A stretch of 64,000 nt of DNA from Candidatus Eiseniibacteriota bacterium (GCA_044223005.1 JBGAML010000002.1:96001-160000); one strand, 5' to 3'. Positions 1 to 12,400 are shown, counted from the first letter of the stretch. The notes: a model not told the origin generated them from the sequence alone. Numbers and translations: made by a program.

Positions 1-1
1 G

Positions 2-859
2 TTCCCGGCGACCGTGCGGCTCTCCGCGCATTCGGGCGTCGACGGCGAGCGCCGGGTGATCGACGTGGACGGGAGCGTGCTCGACATCGCGCAGGTCCGG
101 GCGGTGTGGGCCCGGCGGATGTGGCCGGCGGCGCTCGATCCAGCGCTCGACGAGCGCTTCCGCGGCGCGTGCGAGCGCGAGTCGCGCGCGGCGCTCGAAG
201 CGTTCCTCGGTGGCTTGTCGGACGCTCACTGGATCAACGCGCCGGCGGCCGACCGGCGTGCGGGCGACAAACTCCTGCAACTGCGCCTCGCGCGCACGCA
301 CGGGCTCGCCGTGCCGGAGACGCTGCTCACTAACGATCCCGGCGCGGCGCGCACGTTCTTCGATCGCGCGGGCGGCGACGTCGTCGCCAAGATGCTGACG
401 CCGTTCAGCACGAGCATGGAGGGCGACGGGGCGTTCGTGTACACGAGCCCGGTGACCGAACAGGACCTGCGCGACGCGGGAGCACTCCGACACAGCCCGA
501 TGCTGTTCCAGCGTCGCGTGCCCAAGGCGCTCGAGCTGCGCGTCGCGACGGTCCGCGGCCGGCACTTCGTCGGCGCCGTCGACGCGACGGCGACGGTCGA
601 AGGCCGCGAGGACTGGCGGCGGAGCGAGGCCGGCGCGACCGCATGGGTGCGCGGTACGCTGCCCGAGCCGGTCGGCTCGGCGTTGCGCGCACTGCTCTCG
701 GCGCTCGGGCTGGAATACGCCGCCACCGACTTGATCGTGACCCCCGAGGGCGAGCACGTCTTCCTCGAGGTGAATCCCGGCGGCGAGTGGGGCATGCTGG
801 AACGCGACCTGGATCTCGGCATCTCCGACGCGCTCGCCGACGCGCTCTGCGCGGAATGA
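2..859 (+). CDS. mvdC: ATP-grasp RiPP maturase, microviridin MvdC/MdnB-like (5'-truncated by the window)
   Basis: The frame is open from base 2 (FPATVRL...). Motifs VWARRMW, DKLLQLRLA, PETLLTNDP, PMLFQ, ELRV, DWRR and FLEVNPGGEWGMLERDLDL match my recollection of the MdnB/MvdC C-terminus. Confidence 0.85.
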   Translation, partial: FPATVRLSAHSGVDGERRVIDVDGSVLDIAQVRAVWARRMWPAALDPALDERFRGACERESRAALEAFLGGLSDAHWINAPAADRRAGDKLLQLRLARTHGLAVPETLLTNDPGAARTFFDRAGGDVVAKMLTPFSTSMEGDGAFVYTSPVTEQDLRDAGALRHSPMLFQRRVPKALELRVATVRGRHFVGAVDATATVEGREDWRRSEAGATAWVRGTLPEPVGSALRALLSALGLEYAATDLIVTPEGEHVFLEVNPGGEWGMLERDLDLGISDALADALCAE

Positions 860-867
860 GGAATCCC

Positions 868-1851
868 ATGACGGTGCTGGTCGTCACCCACAGCGAGGAC
901 AACACCTGCGTCCCGGCGGTCACGGAAGCCATCGCCCGCAAGGGCGGGCGCGCGATCCGCTTCGACACGGACCAGTTCCCCGCCCGCTCGCGCATCGTGG
1001 CGCGTGACGGCGATGGCGTGCCCGCGCACGTCCTGCACACGGACGCGGGCGCCGTCGATCTCGACGCGGTGACGGCGATCTGGTACCGGCGCATCGCGTT
1101 CGGGCGTGACCTGCCCGCCGCGATGGATCCGCAGCTTCAGCGCGCGTGCCGCCAGGAATCGCAGGCCAGCGCGATGGGCCTGCTCGCCAGCCTGCGCGCG
1201 TTCGCGCTCGATCCGGTCGAACGCATCAAGCACGCCGAGCACAAGCAGCTCCAGCTGCGCGTGGCGCGCGACCTGGGACTCGAGATCCCGCGCACGCTGA
1301 TCACGAACGACCGCGAGGCGGTGCGCGCGTTCGCCGCGTCGTGCCCGGGCGGCGTCGTGGCGAAGATGCTGTCGTCCTTCAGCGTCCAGCAGGACGGGAT
1401 GGAGAAGGTCGTCTACACGACGGCGCTGGGGCCCGGCGACCTCGAGCGGATGGACGGCCTCGAGTGGAGCCCGATGACGTTCCAGGAGCTCGTTCCCAAG
1501 GCGATCGAACTGCGCGTCACGGTGGTCGGCGACCGCATCCTCGCCGCGGCGGTCGAATCGCCCGCGTACGCCGGCGCCGAGACCGACTGGCGCCGCCTCG
1601 GCCCGTCGCTCGCCGATCGCTGGCAGCCTTACGCGTTCCCGGCCGAGCTCGCGCCGAAGGTCCTGCGCATGATGGACGTGTTCCGGCTCAACTACGGCGC
1701 GTTCGACTTCATCCTCACGCCTGAGGGGCGCTGGGTGTTCCTCGAGGTCAACCCCGCGGGCGAGTTCTTCTGGCTCGATCCCGTGCTCGGCGGGGCGATC
1801 TCGGACGCGATGGCCGACGTGCTGCTGGGACAGGCCTTCCGCCGCGAGTAG
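868..1851 (+). CDS. mvdD: ATP-grasp RiPP maturase, microviridin MvdD/MdnC-like
   Basis: Starts MTVLVVTHSEDN...AIRFDTDQFP with WYRR, KQLQL, PMTFQE and FLEVNPAGEFFWL. A GAGGA RBS precedes ATG 868; the alternative ATG 856 overlaps the upstream stop. Confidence 0.85.
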   Translation: MTVLVVTHSEDNTCVPAVTEAIARKGGRAIRFDTDQFPARSRIVARDGDGVPAHVLHTDAGAVDLDAVTAIWYRRIAFGRDLPAAMDPQLQRACRQESQASAMGLLASLRAFALDPVERIKHAEHKQLQLRVARDLGLEIPRTLITNDREAVRAFAASCPGGVVAKMLSSFSVQQDGMEKVVYTTALGPGDLERMDGLEWSPMTFQELVPKAIELRVTVVGDRILAAAVESPAYAGAETDWRRLGPSLADRWQPYAFPAELAPKVLRMMDVFRLNYGAFDFILTPEGRWVFLEVNPAGEFFWLDPVLGGAISDAMADVLLGQAFRRE

Positions 1852-1860
1852 GAACGCCGC

Positions 1861-3647
1861 TCAGGCGGCGGGGTGGACCTCGACCTGCGCGGCCGCCGGG
1901 CCCTGCACGGGCAGCTCGAACACCAGTGCCGCACCGCCGCCGCGCACGTTCTCGGCCCAGATGTGGCCTTCGTGGCCGTGCACGATCTCGCGGCAGATGG
2001 CGAGCCCGAGGCCGGTGCCGCCGGCGTTCGCGTCGTGGTTCGTGGCCTGCGTGAACGATTCGAAGATCAGGCCGAGCTCCGCTTCCGGAATGCCCCGGCC
2101 CGTGTCCCGCACCGTCACGCGCACCATCGAGCCGGCGGGCTCGACGCGGATGGTGACGCGGCCGTCGGGCGGCGTGAACCGCGCGGCGTTGGAGAGCAGG
2201 TTGCGGAACACCTGCAGCACCTTGAGCCGGTCGGCGAGCACCGGAGGCGCTTCGGGATCGGCCTCGACGTCGAGCGACAGCTGGCGCTCCTGCACGAACG
2301 ACGCGAACTGGTCCGCGGCTTCGTCGGCCACGTCCGCGAGCGAAACCTCGTCGAACTGGAACGACATCCGGCCCGCCTCGAACTTGGAGAGGTCGAGCAG
2401 GTCGTTGAGGAGCGTGAGCAGGCTGTCGCCGCAGGCTTCGATGTGCTCGAAGTTCTCCTGCAGCTCCTGCCGGTCGGCGGTGGCCGCGTCGCGGACGCCG
2501 AAGCGGGCGAAGCTGAGGATGCCGTGCATGGGCGTCCGCAGTTCGTGCGAGATGTTCGCGAGGAAGAGCGACTTCGCGCGCATGGCGGCTTCCGCCGCGG
2601 CGCGGGCGCGAATCAGCCCGTCGCGCTGGGCGAAGAACTCCTCGACGAGTTGGGCGAGATGACCGAGTTCGTCGTGGCGCTTCGCCGTCTCGTGCAGTCC
2701 GTCGGGATCCTGGTTGCGAAGGGCGGTGGTGATGCGCAGCAGCGGCCGCCCGACGCCGGCCCCGAGCGCGATCCACGACAGCAGCAGCACGACGAGCGTG
2801 CCCGCGACCATCGCCCGGTGGGAACGCTGCATCGAGGCATGGACGTTGGCGATCACCGGATTGTTGGTGCGGAACGAGAGCGTGGCCACCGGCCGGCCGT
2901 CGAGACCCGGCAGCTGGGCGGTCGCCTCGACGATGCCGTTGTGCCAGTCGCCGTTCGGGCGGGCGGGCCCGGGCCGCGGCGAGACGAGTGCCGCGGTGCC
3001 GTCGCCGACCTGGGAGAGCCGGTGCAGCCGGTCGGCGTTCCAGACCCGGGCGATGAGGTAGTAGCCGTGAGGAGGACCGTTGCGCAGCGTATCGTCACTG
3101 TGTTGCACCGGTGCGGTCCAGACCTCCACGACCTGGCCGGACCGGCGCGCGAAGAAGTGCGAGAACGGTTCGCGGCGGAGTTGCGGGCCCAGCTGCGCGG
3201 GAGGCGCGGGCAGTTCGCGCAGCGCGGGTGACTCGGCGAGGTTGGCCGCGTAGAGCACCCCGAGGTCCGTGCCGACGATCCACGCGCCGTCAAGGCGAAA
3301 GGTGCCCAGCGTCGGGTCGACGTTGATCTGCGCCCAGTGGCGGTCGGGGCGGTGAGTGAAGTCGACCATCTCGTCCCAGCGCGTGTAGTCCTCGGCGTGC
3401 CCGGCGGCACCCTCCGCCTGCAGGTCGAGCAGCTTGCCGAGCACCTGCTGGCTCTGCGCCACGCGATCGCGGAACAGCGCGTTGACCTGCTGCGCCTGCT
3501 GGTGGTCGGCCCACAGGATCAGCATGAGCAGCACGGCCGCCGTCGCCATCAGCAGCACCCCGGCGCGCGTCTGCACGCTCCAGCGCTGGTGACCCGTCGG
3601 CGGCGACGGCGGGGATGCCGCGGATCCCGCCGGCTGCGGCTTCGTGG

Positions 3648-3651
<4 letters not shown>
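1861..3651 (-). CDS. Membrane sensor histidine kinase (CHASE4-like periplasmic domain, HAMP, HisKA, HATPase)
   Basis: Two TM segments, DYTRWDEM motif, FLANISHELRTP H-box, NLLSNA, DTGRGI and GGTGLGL boxes. Confidence 0.9.
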
Positions 3652-4724
<1,073 letters not shown>

Positions 4725-4955
4725 ACAACCTCCCTGTACGCCGTGAATTGCCCCGGGGGGGGGTATGCGGGTTTTCGGCCGGCGAGCGGACTCTCAAGAG
4801 CGCTATTTCCGGCGCCCCACATCCTTGCGAGCGTGTTGCCGTCCAAGGACTTGCGCGAGCGGTTCCGGGCTGAGAGAGTGGCCCGGGCGCTCGACGTGGC
4901 TCCATCGGTGGTTGCCGAATCGCCGCGTGCGCCGGACGGAACGATCGGGGGCCGG

Positions 4956-5576
4956 ATGTTTCTGCTTCGCTCGTCGACCGCCGGAGGCGGTGCCGGGATC
5001 GTCGCGCGCGCCGCGGCGCTCGTGCTCGCCGCCGGCCTTCTCGCGGGTGCGTGCGCGCGCCGCCTGCCGCCGGGGCCCGTGGCGCCGGATGCGCCCGTGC
5101 AGGACGACCTCGTGAACGCGCCGGCGTTCGAGTTCCGCGGCTGCTCGCTCACGCCGCTCGCCCGCTTCCACGTCGTGGCTCGCGTCTTGTCGACCCGACG
5201 CTACTGGCTGGGGAGGGAGACCGCGCTCGCACCGGTCGATCTCGCGCTGGGCTGGGGGCCGATGTCCGATTCGGACGTGCTGAAGAAGATCTCGATCACG
5301 CAGATGGGGCGCTACTACATGTGGTCGACGCACGACCCGCCGATCGAGCTCGAGGAGATCTCCGCGAACAGCGCCAACATGCACCTGATTCCCGCGACGC
5401 CCGAGGTGCGTGCGCGCATCGGCCGCGTCCGCGCGGGTGACGTCGTCGAGTTCTCGGGCGCGCTCGTGTCCGTGCGCGGGGCGGACGGCTGGAGCTGGAC
5501 GAGTTCGACGAGCCGCGACGACACCGGCGACGGTGCCTGCGAGGTCGTGTTCGCCGAATCGCTCGTCGTGCGCTGA
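4956..5576 (+). CDS. Hypothetical exported protein, possible lipoprotein
   Basis: Hydrophobic N-terminus ending LLAGAC, then a globular region with PVDLALGWG, SANMHLIP and SSTSRDDTGDGACE. Start codon uncertain. Confidence 0.65.
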   Translation: MFLLRSSTAGGGAGIVARAAALVLAAGLLAGACARRLPPGPVAPDAPVQDDLVNAPAFEFRGCSLTPLARFHVVARVLSTRRYWLGRETALAPVDLALGWGPMSDSDVLKKISITQMGRYYMWSTHDPPIELEEISANSANMHLIPATPEVRARIGRVRAGDVVEFSGALVSVRGADGWSWTSSTSRDDTGDGACEVVFAESLVVR

Positions 5577-5793
5577 CGGTCGCGCGCGCGCCGGACTTTC
5601 ACGGAACCGCGCGGCGATTGCCGTGAGACGGCGTTCGCGTGTTAGGCTCCGAGGGAAAGAGCCGTGCCTGTCGGTCTCGGTTCCTTCCGGTTCGGAGCGG
5701 AAGCTCCGTTCGTGTTCACCGGGCCGAAATCGGTCTGCCCCTCCTCGCCGACCCCTCGGCGGTGAAGACCCGTTCGCCGGAGCCTTCAACGTC

Positions 5794-6729
5794 ATGACAC
5801 GCGCCGCACCGAGTGGCACGCGCGGGCTCGTGCTCGTCGTGCTCGGCGTCGCACTGCTGCTGCTGGCCGCCTACGCGATTCCACCGGCGATCCACGTCGG
5901 CGGCACGCGCGTCCGCGTCGGCAGCGTGGAGCTGCCCGAGCAGCAGCCGATCGCCTACGCGCGGGCGTCGGGCATGCTCGACGGCGAGCAGGTCGGGGTC
6001 GTCGAGTTCGAGTCCTACCAGGACCTGCGGAACGCCTTCCTCGACGGCAATGTGCACGTCGCGACCCTGCCGCTCGACGACGCGCTCGCCTTGGCGGCGC
6101 CCCCCGCACACGCGCGCGTGCTCGCCGTGGTCGGCGAGAGCCGGGAGCCCGTCCGGCTCGTCGCGAGCGGCGGCGTGCGATCGATCGCGGAGCTGCGCGG
6201 CGGGGTGGTCGCAGTCGAGTCGGGGCGGCGATCGGTCTCGGCGCTGCGCGCACTGCTGGCGCGCGAGGGTGTCGCGCTGACCGACGTTCGCATGCGGCTG
6301 ATGGATGCCGAATGCATGCCGGAGGCGATCCACGACGGGCGTGCCGATGCGGTGCTGGTGTACGGGCCGTTCGCGGGCGAGGCCGAAGCGGCCGGCGGTC
6401 ACGTGCTCGGCTCCTGGCGGCCCGCGGGCGATGGCGAGTACCTGGTGCTCGTCGCGAGCGCGCTCGCCGAACATCGCGCGCGCGCCCAGGTCTCGCACGT
6501 CGTCGACGCATGGTTCGCGGCGCATGATTCGCTGCGTCGGCACGCCGCGCTCGCGGCGGGCCCGGTCACGTTCCTGACCCGTGCCGAGAGCGATCGCATG
6601 CGGCGCGGCGCCGCGCCGCTCGCGGCGCAGGTCCACCGCGTCGAGCGGCGGTGGGGGGCTCTCGGCGTCGACGGGGGCGTGCCCGCGACCGCGGACTGGC
6701 TCGCGTCTCCGGCGAGGGCCCTGCGATGA
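5794..6729 (+). CDS. NMT1/SsuA-like periplasmic substrate-binding protein
   Basis: N-terminal TM segment; SIAELRGGVVAVE and GRADAV..YGPF patterns typical of the SsuA/THI5 family. Confidence 0.65.
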   Translation: MTRAAPSGTRGLVLVVLGVALLLLAAYAIPPAIHVGGTRVRVGSVELPEQQPIAYARASGMLDGEQVGVVEFESYQDLRNAFLDGNVHVATLPLDDALALAAPPAHARVLAVVGESREPVRLVASGGVRSIAELRGGVVAVESGRRSVSALRALLAREGVALTDVRMRLMDAECMPEAIHDGRADAVLVYGPFAGEAEAAGGHVLGSWRPAGDGEYLVLVASALAEHRARAQVSHVVDAWFAAHDSLRRHAALAAGPVTFLTRAESDRMRRGAAPLAAQVHRVERRWGALGVDGGVPATADWLASPARALR

Positions 6730-9416
6730 GCCGGTTGCGGGACAGCGTCCGCTTCCAGTTGCCGGCGTTCCTCGTGGTGGTCGGCATCGTCGTCTACTCC
6801 GCGACGCTCTGGGTGGCGCTCGGTCGCACGACCCGCACGGCGCTCGCCAGCCGCGAGCAGGCCGCACGCACGTCGCTCAACGCCGTGGCGCGCGTCGCGG
6901 CTGACCTGCTGTACCGCGATCAGCGCGACAGCATGCACGAGATGATCGCCCAACTCGGCGCCGTCTCGGATCTCGACGTCGCGGCCTACGTGGATCCGCT
7001 CGGACGCATGGAGGCGTCCACGCATCGCGACTGGGTCGGGCAGCCGGTGGACTCGTTCCCCGTGCTCGGCGCCGCGAGCCTCGTCCGCGAAGCCGTCCAG
7101 CTCGACCGCTCCGTGACGCGCCACGACGCGGACGGGCGCACCGTGCTCGCGATCCCGGTGCGCGCCGGCTCGATCGATCCGCAGGGCGAGGTCACCGGCG
7201 AGGGCGTGCTCCTGGCGACGCTGGATTTCCGCCCGCTCGTCGCCGACGTGCGCCGCCAGACGTTCGAGTTCTACCTCCTGATCGGCGTGGTGTCGCTGGC
7301 CGCGATCGTCGCGGTGACGCTCTTCCTGCATTTCCGGGTCGCCCGGCCCGCGCTGCAGATCGCCGGCGCCGCCGAGCGCGGAGCGGCGGGAGACCTGCGC
7401 GTCCGCGCCGGCGTCTGGGGCGACGACGAACTCGGCCGCGCCGGGCGCGCGTTCGACGACATGGTGCGGCACGTGGACGAGACGGAGCAGGCGCTGCGCC
7501 GCCAGCAGGCGCTGCTCGACGGGCTCATGCGCACGGTGCCGGTGGGCGTGCTCGTCGTGGACCGGCGCACGCTCGAAGTGCTGTACGCGAACCAGCCGCT
7601 GCGGCAACTGGGCGGCTACCCGGTCCCGATCGGCCGGCCGCTGCGCGAGGTCGCGACGCACATCGAGACCGACGCGGGCCGGCCCTACCCGATCGAGCGC
7701 CTGCCGATCGAGCGCGCGCTCACGGAGGGGCGCTCGGTCGAGGCCGACGACGTGGTCTACGTGCAGCCGGACGGCACTCGCGTCCCCGTGGTGACCACGG
7801 CGCACCCGATGAACATCTCGGGCGGGCCCGAGTTCGATGCCGTGGTCGCGGTGGTGCAGGATCGCCGCACGCTCGAGCGCGCGTTCCGGCAGCTGCGCGA
7901 ATCCGAGGAGCGCTTCCAGAAGGCGTCGCTCGCCACCGGCCAGGCCGTCTACGCGTGGGACATGACGACGGACGCGTGCCGCTTCAGCGATTCCGTGACG
8001 AGCGTCTTCGGGTACGCGCCCGAGGAGATCGACAGCAACGAGAAGTGGGATGCGATCACGCACCCGGACGACGTCGCGGCGTCGAAGGCCGAGATGACCG
8101 CCGCGCGCCGCGAGCACCGCGTGTTCGATCACGTGAGCCGCATCCGGCACAAGGACGGGCGGTGGCGGTGGGTCCGCGATCGCGGCGTGCTCCGGTACGA
8201 CGACGCGGGACAGCCGGTGAGCATGGTCGGCGCCGTGGCCGACGTCACGGAGCAGCACGAGCTCGAGGCGCGGCTGCGGCAGGCGCAGAAGATGGAAACC
8301 GTGGGCACGCTCGCCGGCGGGATCGCGCACGACTTCAACAACCAGCTGACCGGCGTGCTGGGGCACCTCGACCTGCTCCGCGAGGACATGCCCGGGGACG
8401 ACCCGCGCCTGGAGCACGTGCGCGTGGCGCGGCTCGCCGCGGCCCGCTGCGCCGAGCTCACGCGGGGCCTGCTCGCGTTCAGCCGCATGCTGCGCGGCGA
8501 TCCGCGTGCGGTCGACGTGAACGAGAGCGTTCGCGAGGCGGCGGCGCTGCTGCGCCGCGCGCTGCCCGCGACGATCGAGCTCGTGCTCGAGACCGCGGAC
8601 GACCTGCCGCGGGCGCAGGTCGATCCGACCCAGCTCCAGCAGGTGCTCCTGAACCTCTGCGTCAACGCGCGCGACGCGATGCCCGAAGGCGGGACGCTGC
8701 GCATCACGACGCGGCGGACCACGCTCGACGCTCCGCGCGGCACCGACGTCGGGGCCGTGCCGGGCGAGTACGTGCGGATCGAGGTGTCCGACGAGGGCGT
8801 CGGCATTCCCGCCGACGTCCTGCCGCGCATCTTCGAGCCCTTCTTCACGACCAAGCCCGTCGGCGCCGGCACCGGTCTCGGGCTCGCGATGGTCTACGGC
8901 ATCGTCTCCCAGCATCGCGGCTGGGTCGACGTCGAGAGCACGCCGGGCGCCGGGACCACGTTTCGCGTGCACCTGCCGGCCAGTTCGGGGCAGGCGGTGG
9001 CTCGGGAGGGCGACGCGGAGGCGATGCCCCGCGCGGGCGAGGCCCCGCCGCGCACCGTGCTGGTCGTGGACGACGAAGCCGTCGTGCGCGACTTCGCGGC
9101 TCGGATTCTCGAGCGCGTGGGCTGGAACGTGCTGCGCGCCTCCGACGGACGCGAGGCGATGCAGGCGGTCGCCGCGCACACCGGTGCGATCGACGCGGTG
9201 CTTCTCGACATGACGATGCCGGGGCCGCCGCTGCGGGAGGTGGTCGAGGCGCTCCGCCGTGCGCTTCCGGGCGCGCGGCTCGTGCTCACGAGCGGGTATT
9301 CGCTCGACCTGAGTGGCCAGCACGAACTGGCGGCGCTCCCGTTCCTCACCAAGCCGTACTCGCCGCAGCAGCTGCTCGAGGCGATGCGGGCGATCGCACC
9401 CGCAGCCCCGGCGTGA
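6726..9416 (+). CDS. Hybrid sensor kinase (TM, HAMP, 2x PAS, HisKA, HATPase, REC)
   Basis: LAGGIAHDFNNQL, NARDAM, FEPFFTTK, GTGLGL and a C-terminal VLVVDDE receiver. ATGA overlap with the binding-protein gene. Confidence 0.92.
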   Translation: MSRLRDSVRFQLPAFLVVVGIVVYSATLWVALGRTTRTALASREQAARTSLNAVARVAADLLYRDQRDSMHEMIAQLGAVSDLDVAAYVDPLGRMEASTHRDWVGQPVDSFPVLGAASLVREAVQLDRSVTRHDADGRTVLAIPVRAGSIDPQGEVTGEGVLLATLDFRPLVADVRRQTFEFYLLIGVVSLAAIVAVTLFLHFRVARPALQIAGAAERGAAGDLRVRAGVWGDDELGRAGRAFDDMVRHVDETEQALRRQQALLDGLMRTVPVGVLVVDRRTLEVLYANQPLRQLGGYPVPIGRPLREVATHIETDAGRPYPIERLPIERALTEGRSVEADDVVYVQPDGTRVPVVTTAHPMNISGGPEFDAVVAVVQDRRTLERAFRQLRESEERFQKASLATGQAVYAWDMTTDACRFSDSVTSVFGYAPEEIDSNEKWDAITHPDDVAASKAEMTAARREHRVFDHVSRIRHKDGRWRWVRDRGVLRYDDAGQPVSMVGAVADVTEQHELEARLRQAQKMETVGTLAGGIAHDFNNQLTGVLGHLDLLREDMPGDDPRLEHVRVARLAAARCAELTRGLLAFSRMLRGDPRAVDVNESVREAAALLRRALPATIELVLETADDLPRAQVDPTQLQQVLLNLCVNARDAMPEGGTLRITTRRTTLDAPRGTDVGAVPGEYVRIEVSDEGVGIPADVLPRIFEPFFTTKPVGAGTGLGLAMVYGIVSQHRGWVDVESTPGAGTTFRVHLPASSGQAVAREGDAEAMPRAGEAPPRTVLVVDDEAVVRDFAARILERVGWNVLRASDGREAMQAVAAHTGAIDAVLLDMTMPGPPLREVVEALRRALPGARLVLTSGYSLDLSGQHELAALPFLTKPYSPQQLLEAMRAIAPAAPA

Positions 9417-9421
9417 ACGAA

Positions 9422-9447
9422 CGGGGCCGCCCCGGAGGGCGGCCCCG
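9422..9447. terminator. GC-rich hairpin between convergent genes
   Basis: cggggccgccc-gga-gggcggccccg inverted repeat. Confidence 0.65.
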
Positions 9448-9465
9448 CTCGCGCCGTGCGCCGCG

Positions 9466-12400
9466 TCAGTCGACGAGCGCCAGCTTGCGCTGCCCGATCA
9501 CGCGGTCGTCGATCAGCATCCGCACGAGGTAGACGCCGGGTGCGGCGCGCTGCCCCGCGATCGTGCGGCCGTCCCACGTCGCGCTCCACTCGCCCGCGGC
9601 GTGGTCCGACTCCTCGATCCGGGCGATCACGCGTCCGGCCAGGTCGAGCGCTTCGATCCGCACGCGCGCCGGCGCGTTCAGCGCGAAGTCGACGCGCGTG
9701 CTTCCGCGCGCCGGGTTGGGGCTCACGCCGTGCAGCGAGGTCACGGACGGCAGCGCCCGCGGCGGCGACTCGACCCCGGCGGCACTCACGCCGAGGTCGT
9801 ATTGGCCTTCGGCACCGTTGTCGTTGACCACGACCAGGCCGTAGTAGCCGGTCGACGGCGCGGTGTAGGTGCCGTTGCCGCTCGCCGCGTAGACCGCGGC
9901 GCCGCGGCCCGCCCAGTACGCGCCCCCGGCGGCGTTGCGGAACAGGAGCACCTTCGCATCCAGCCCCGGCGAGCGGGTGAACGAGATGTTGTACGCCTGC
10001 CCCGCCACGAGCCGGACGTCCGAGCAGTCCAGCACCTGGTTGCCACTGAACGTGCGCCGGATCGAGCCGCCGCTCGTCACGAGCAGGTCGTGATCGCTGT
10101 CCCACTCGACCGAGCCGTACCCCGTGCCGGCGAACCGGTAGAGGTGCGCGTAGTAGGTGCCGAGCGGATTCGCGCCGGAGTTGAAGTCGCCCACGACGAA
10201 GTCGGCGACGCCGACGCCCGTCGAGGTCGCGAGGATGCCCGACTGGCAGGCCGGCGGATCGGCGCCGGTCGGGCTCGAGTTCACGACGATGTCCCAGTCC
10301 GACGTGCTGCGGACGCCGATGGCGGTCCAGTAGTACCAGGACTGCGTGAACGAGACGTAGTCGGCGGGCGTCACCGAACCCGCGACCCCGCTGCTGAGCG
10401 GCGACGCGTCCCAGCAGGTCCACAGGCCGAGCGTGTACGTGTCCGTCGCGGCGTCGTCGTCGACGACCACGATGCCGTACCAGCCCGACTGGGTGCTGGT
10501 GTAGCTGCCGTAGCCGCCGGCGGCCACGTCGAGGCACGCCGAGTCGCGCGGCGCCCAGTACGTGCCCCCGCCGACGTTGCGGAAGAGCAGCGCGTGCAGG
10601 TTTCCCGAGCCGGTGTGCGAGAGCTGCATCCGGAACGTGCGCCCGGCCAGCAGGTAGGTGGAGTAGGCCTTCAGGACCTGATTGCCACCGAGGGTCGCCG
10701 TGACGACCGCGTTGTCGTTCGCGACCACCTGCGTCGTGCCCGACGACCACTCGACGGGCGTACTTTCGTTCACCGTGCCGGACGTCTGGTCGACGGACGC
10801 CCAGTAGGTGCGCGCGGCGTTGTGCCAGAAGTCGCCCACCACGAAGTTGACGAACGGCATCGACGGGACGGCGCTGGAGCCGAGCAGTCCCGTCCCGCAC
10901 CCCGGCCAGCTGGTCCCGGTCGCGTTCCACACGCTGATGCCGTGGGTGTCGTACGTGGCCAGGGCGCCGATCGCCGCCCAGCCGTTCGCGACGGGCGCGA
11001 ACGTGAACGGCTGGCCCGTGTGGCTGGCCGTCTGCGGCGTGTCCGTCGTCAGCGCCGTGGGCGTCGTACAGCTGCCGAAGTGCACGCGGTACACACCGCT
11101 GGTTCCGGCGTCGTTGACGAAGACGATCGTGTGCGTGCCGGTGGCCGTCGCCGTGTACGTGGCGGAGCCGTTGGTCGTGATCATGAGCTTCGCCTGCGAG
11201 CGGCCGACGGCGTACGCGCCCCCCGCGGTGTTCTCGAACACCAGGAACTTCGCGCCGGACCCGGGCGTCACCCAGGTGTCGATCTGGTACGTGGTCCCCG
11301 CGGTCATGGTGGCGATGTACGTGTCGATCAGGTCGTTGGCCGTGAAGCTCGCCTCCTGGAACGGCATGTTCTCGTACAGCGTCCCGGTGCGATAGTCCCA
11401 CTCCACGACGCCGCTCGTGCCCGCGTACCGCCGGGCGTCGATGAAGTAGCGCGAGACCGGCGTGTGCGCGGCGTCGATGACGGCCATGTCGACGGTGCCG
11501 ACGCCGGCGGCCGACGACGTGAGCAGCGAGCCGAAGCATGTGGGAGCGGCCGCGCCGGTCGACTGGGAGTACACCCCGAGGTCCCAGTCGTCGGAGGCGG
11601 TGGTGCCGCGCGTGGCGATCACGTTCCACGAGCCGCCGCGCGGATCGACCCGCCAGTAGCTGTCGGTCGCCGTCATGGTCACGGGAAGGTCGTACGCGAT
11701 GGTGGAGGGGCAGTCGCAAGGCGCCTGGGCGATCCCGAGCGTGGCCGTCGCGGACGATTCGGTGCCGTTCGTCACGATGACGGCCCAGGTGCCCGAGATC
11801 GAGGGCGTCAGGGTGTGGCATTCCGTGAGCGGGATCGGCGTGCCGTAGATGCCCTGCATCGGGTGCGCGGGGTCGGGAGAGAACCACTCCATCCGGAGGT
11901 CCGTCCCCGACTGGTCGAAGGCGATCGCATAGGGGACTCCGGCGACCAGGGTCACTTCGTACGTGCGGATGAAATCGTCGGCCGTGAGCGACATCGACGC
12001 CGGGGCACCGTTCACCGCGAGCGTGCCGTCCGGAGCCCGCCACACGGCGCGGGAGTTCGAGCCCTCCCGGGCGCTCACGTCGACTCCGTAGGTTCCGGTC
12101 GCGGCGAGGCGGAAGTTCCCCATGACCCCCGCGATGTTCGGCGGGCTCGTGGAGGACTGGCCCAGGTAGGTCCCGAAGCAGCCGGGGAACGGGCTCGCGG
12201 GCAGCGCGGTGTAGTAGTCGAGTCCGATCCACTGGTCGCTCTTGACGCCGAGCGTGCCCCAGTTGGCCGTCGTCGCGTTGAACTTCAGGTGCGAGTACCA
12301 GTGCGTCACGGGAACCATGACGCCGGGCGTGAGCGTGATCGCGTCGCAGTTCCCGACCGCGAGCGACACCTGGCCGTGCCCGCCGCCGTCGTTCACGAAC

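Noticed and set aside
1852..1934. Microviridin precursor peptide downstream of mvdD
   Set aside because: No PFFARFL or TxKxPSD motif is present, and the region is occupied by the 3' end of the convergent kinase.
4771..4800. Possible sigma-28 promoter (GCCGAAAA) upstream of the REC-HK gene
   Set aside because: No matching -35 element at the expected spacing.
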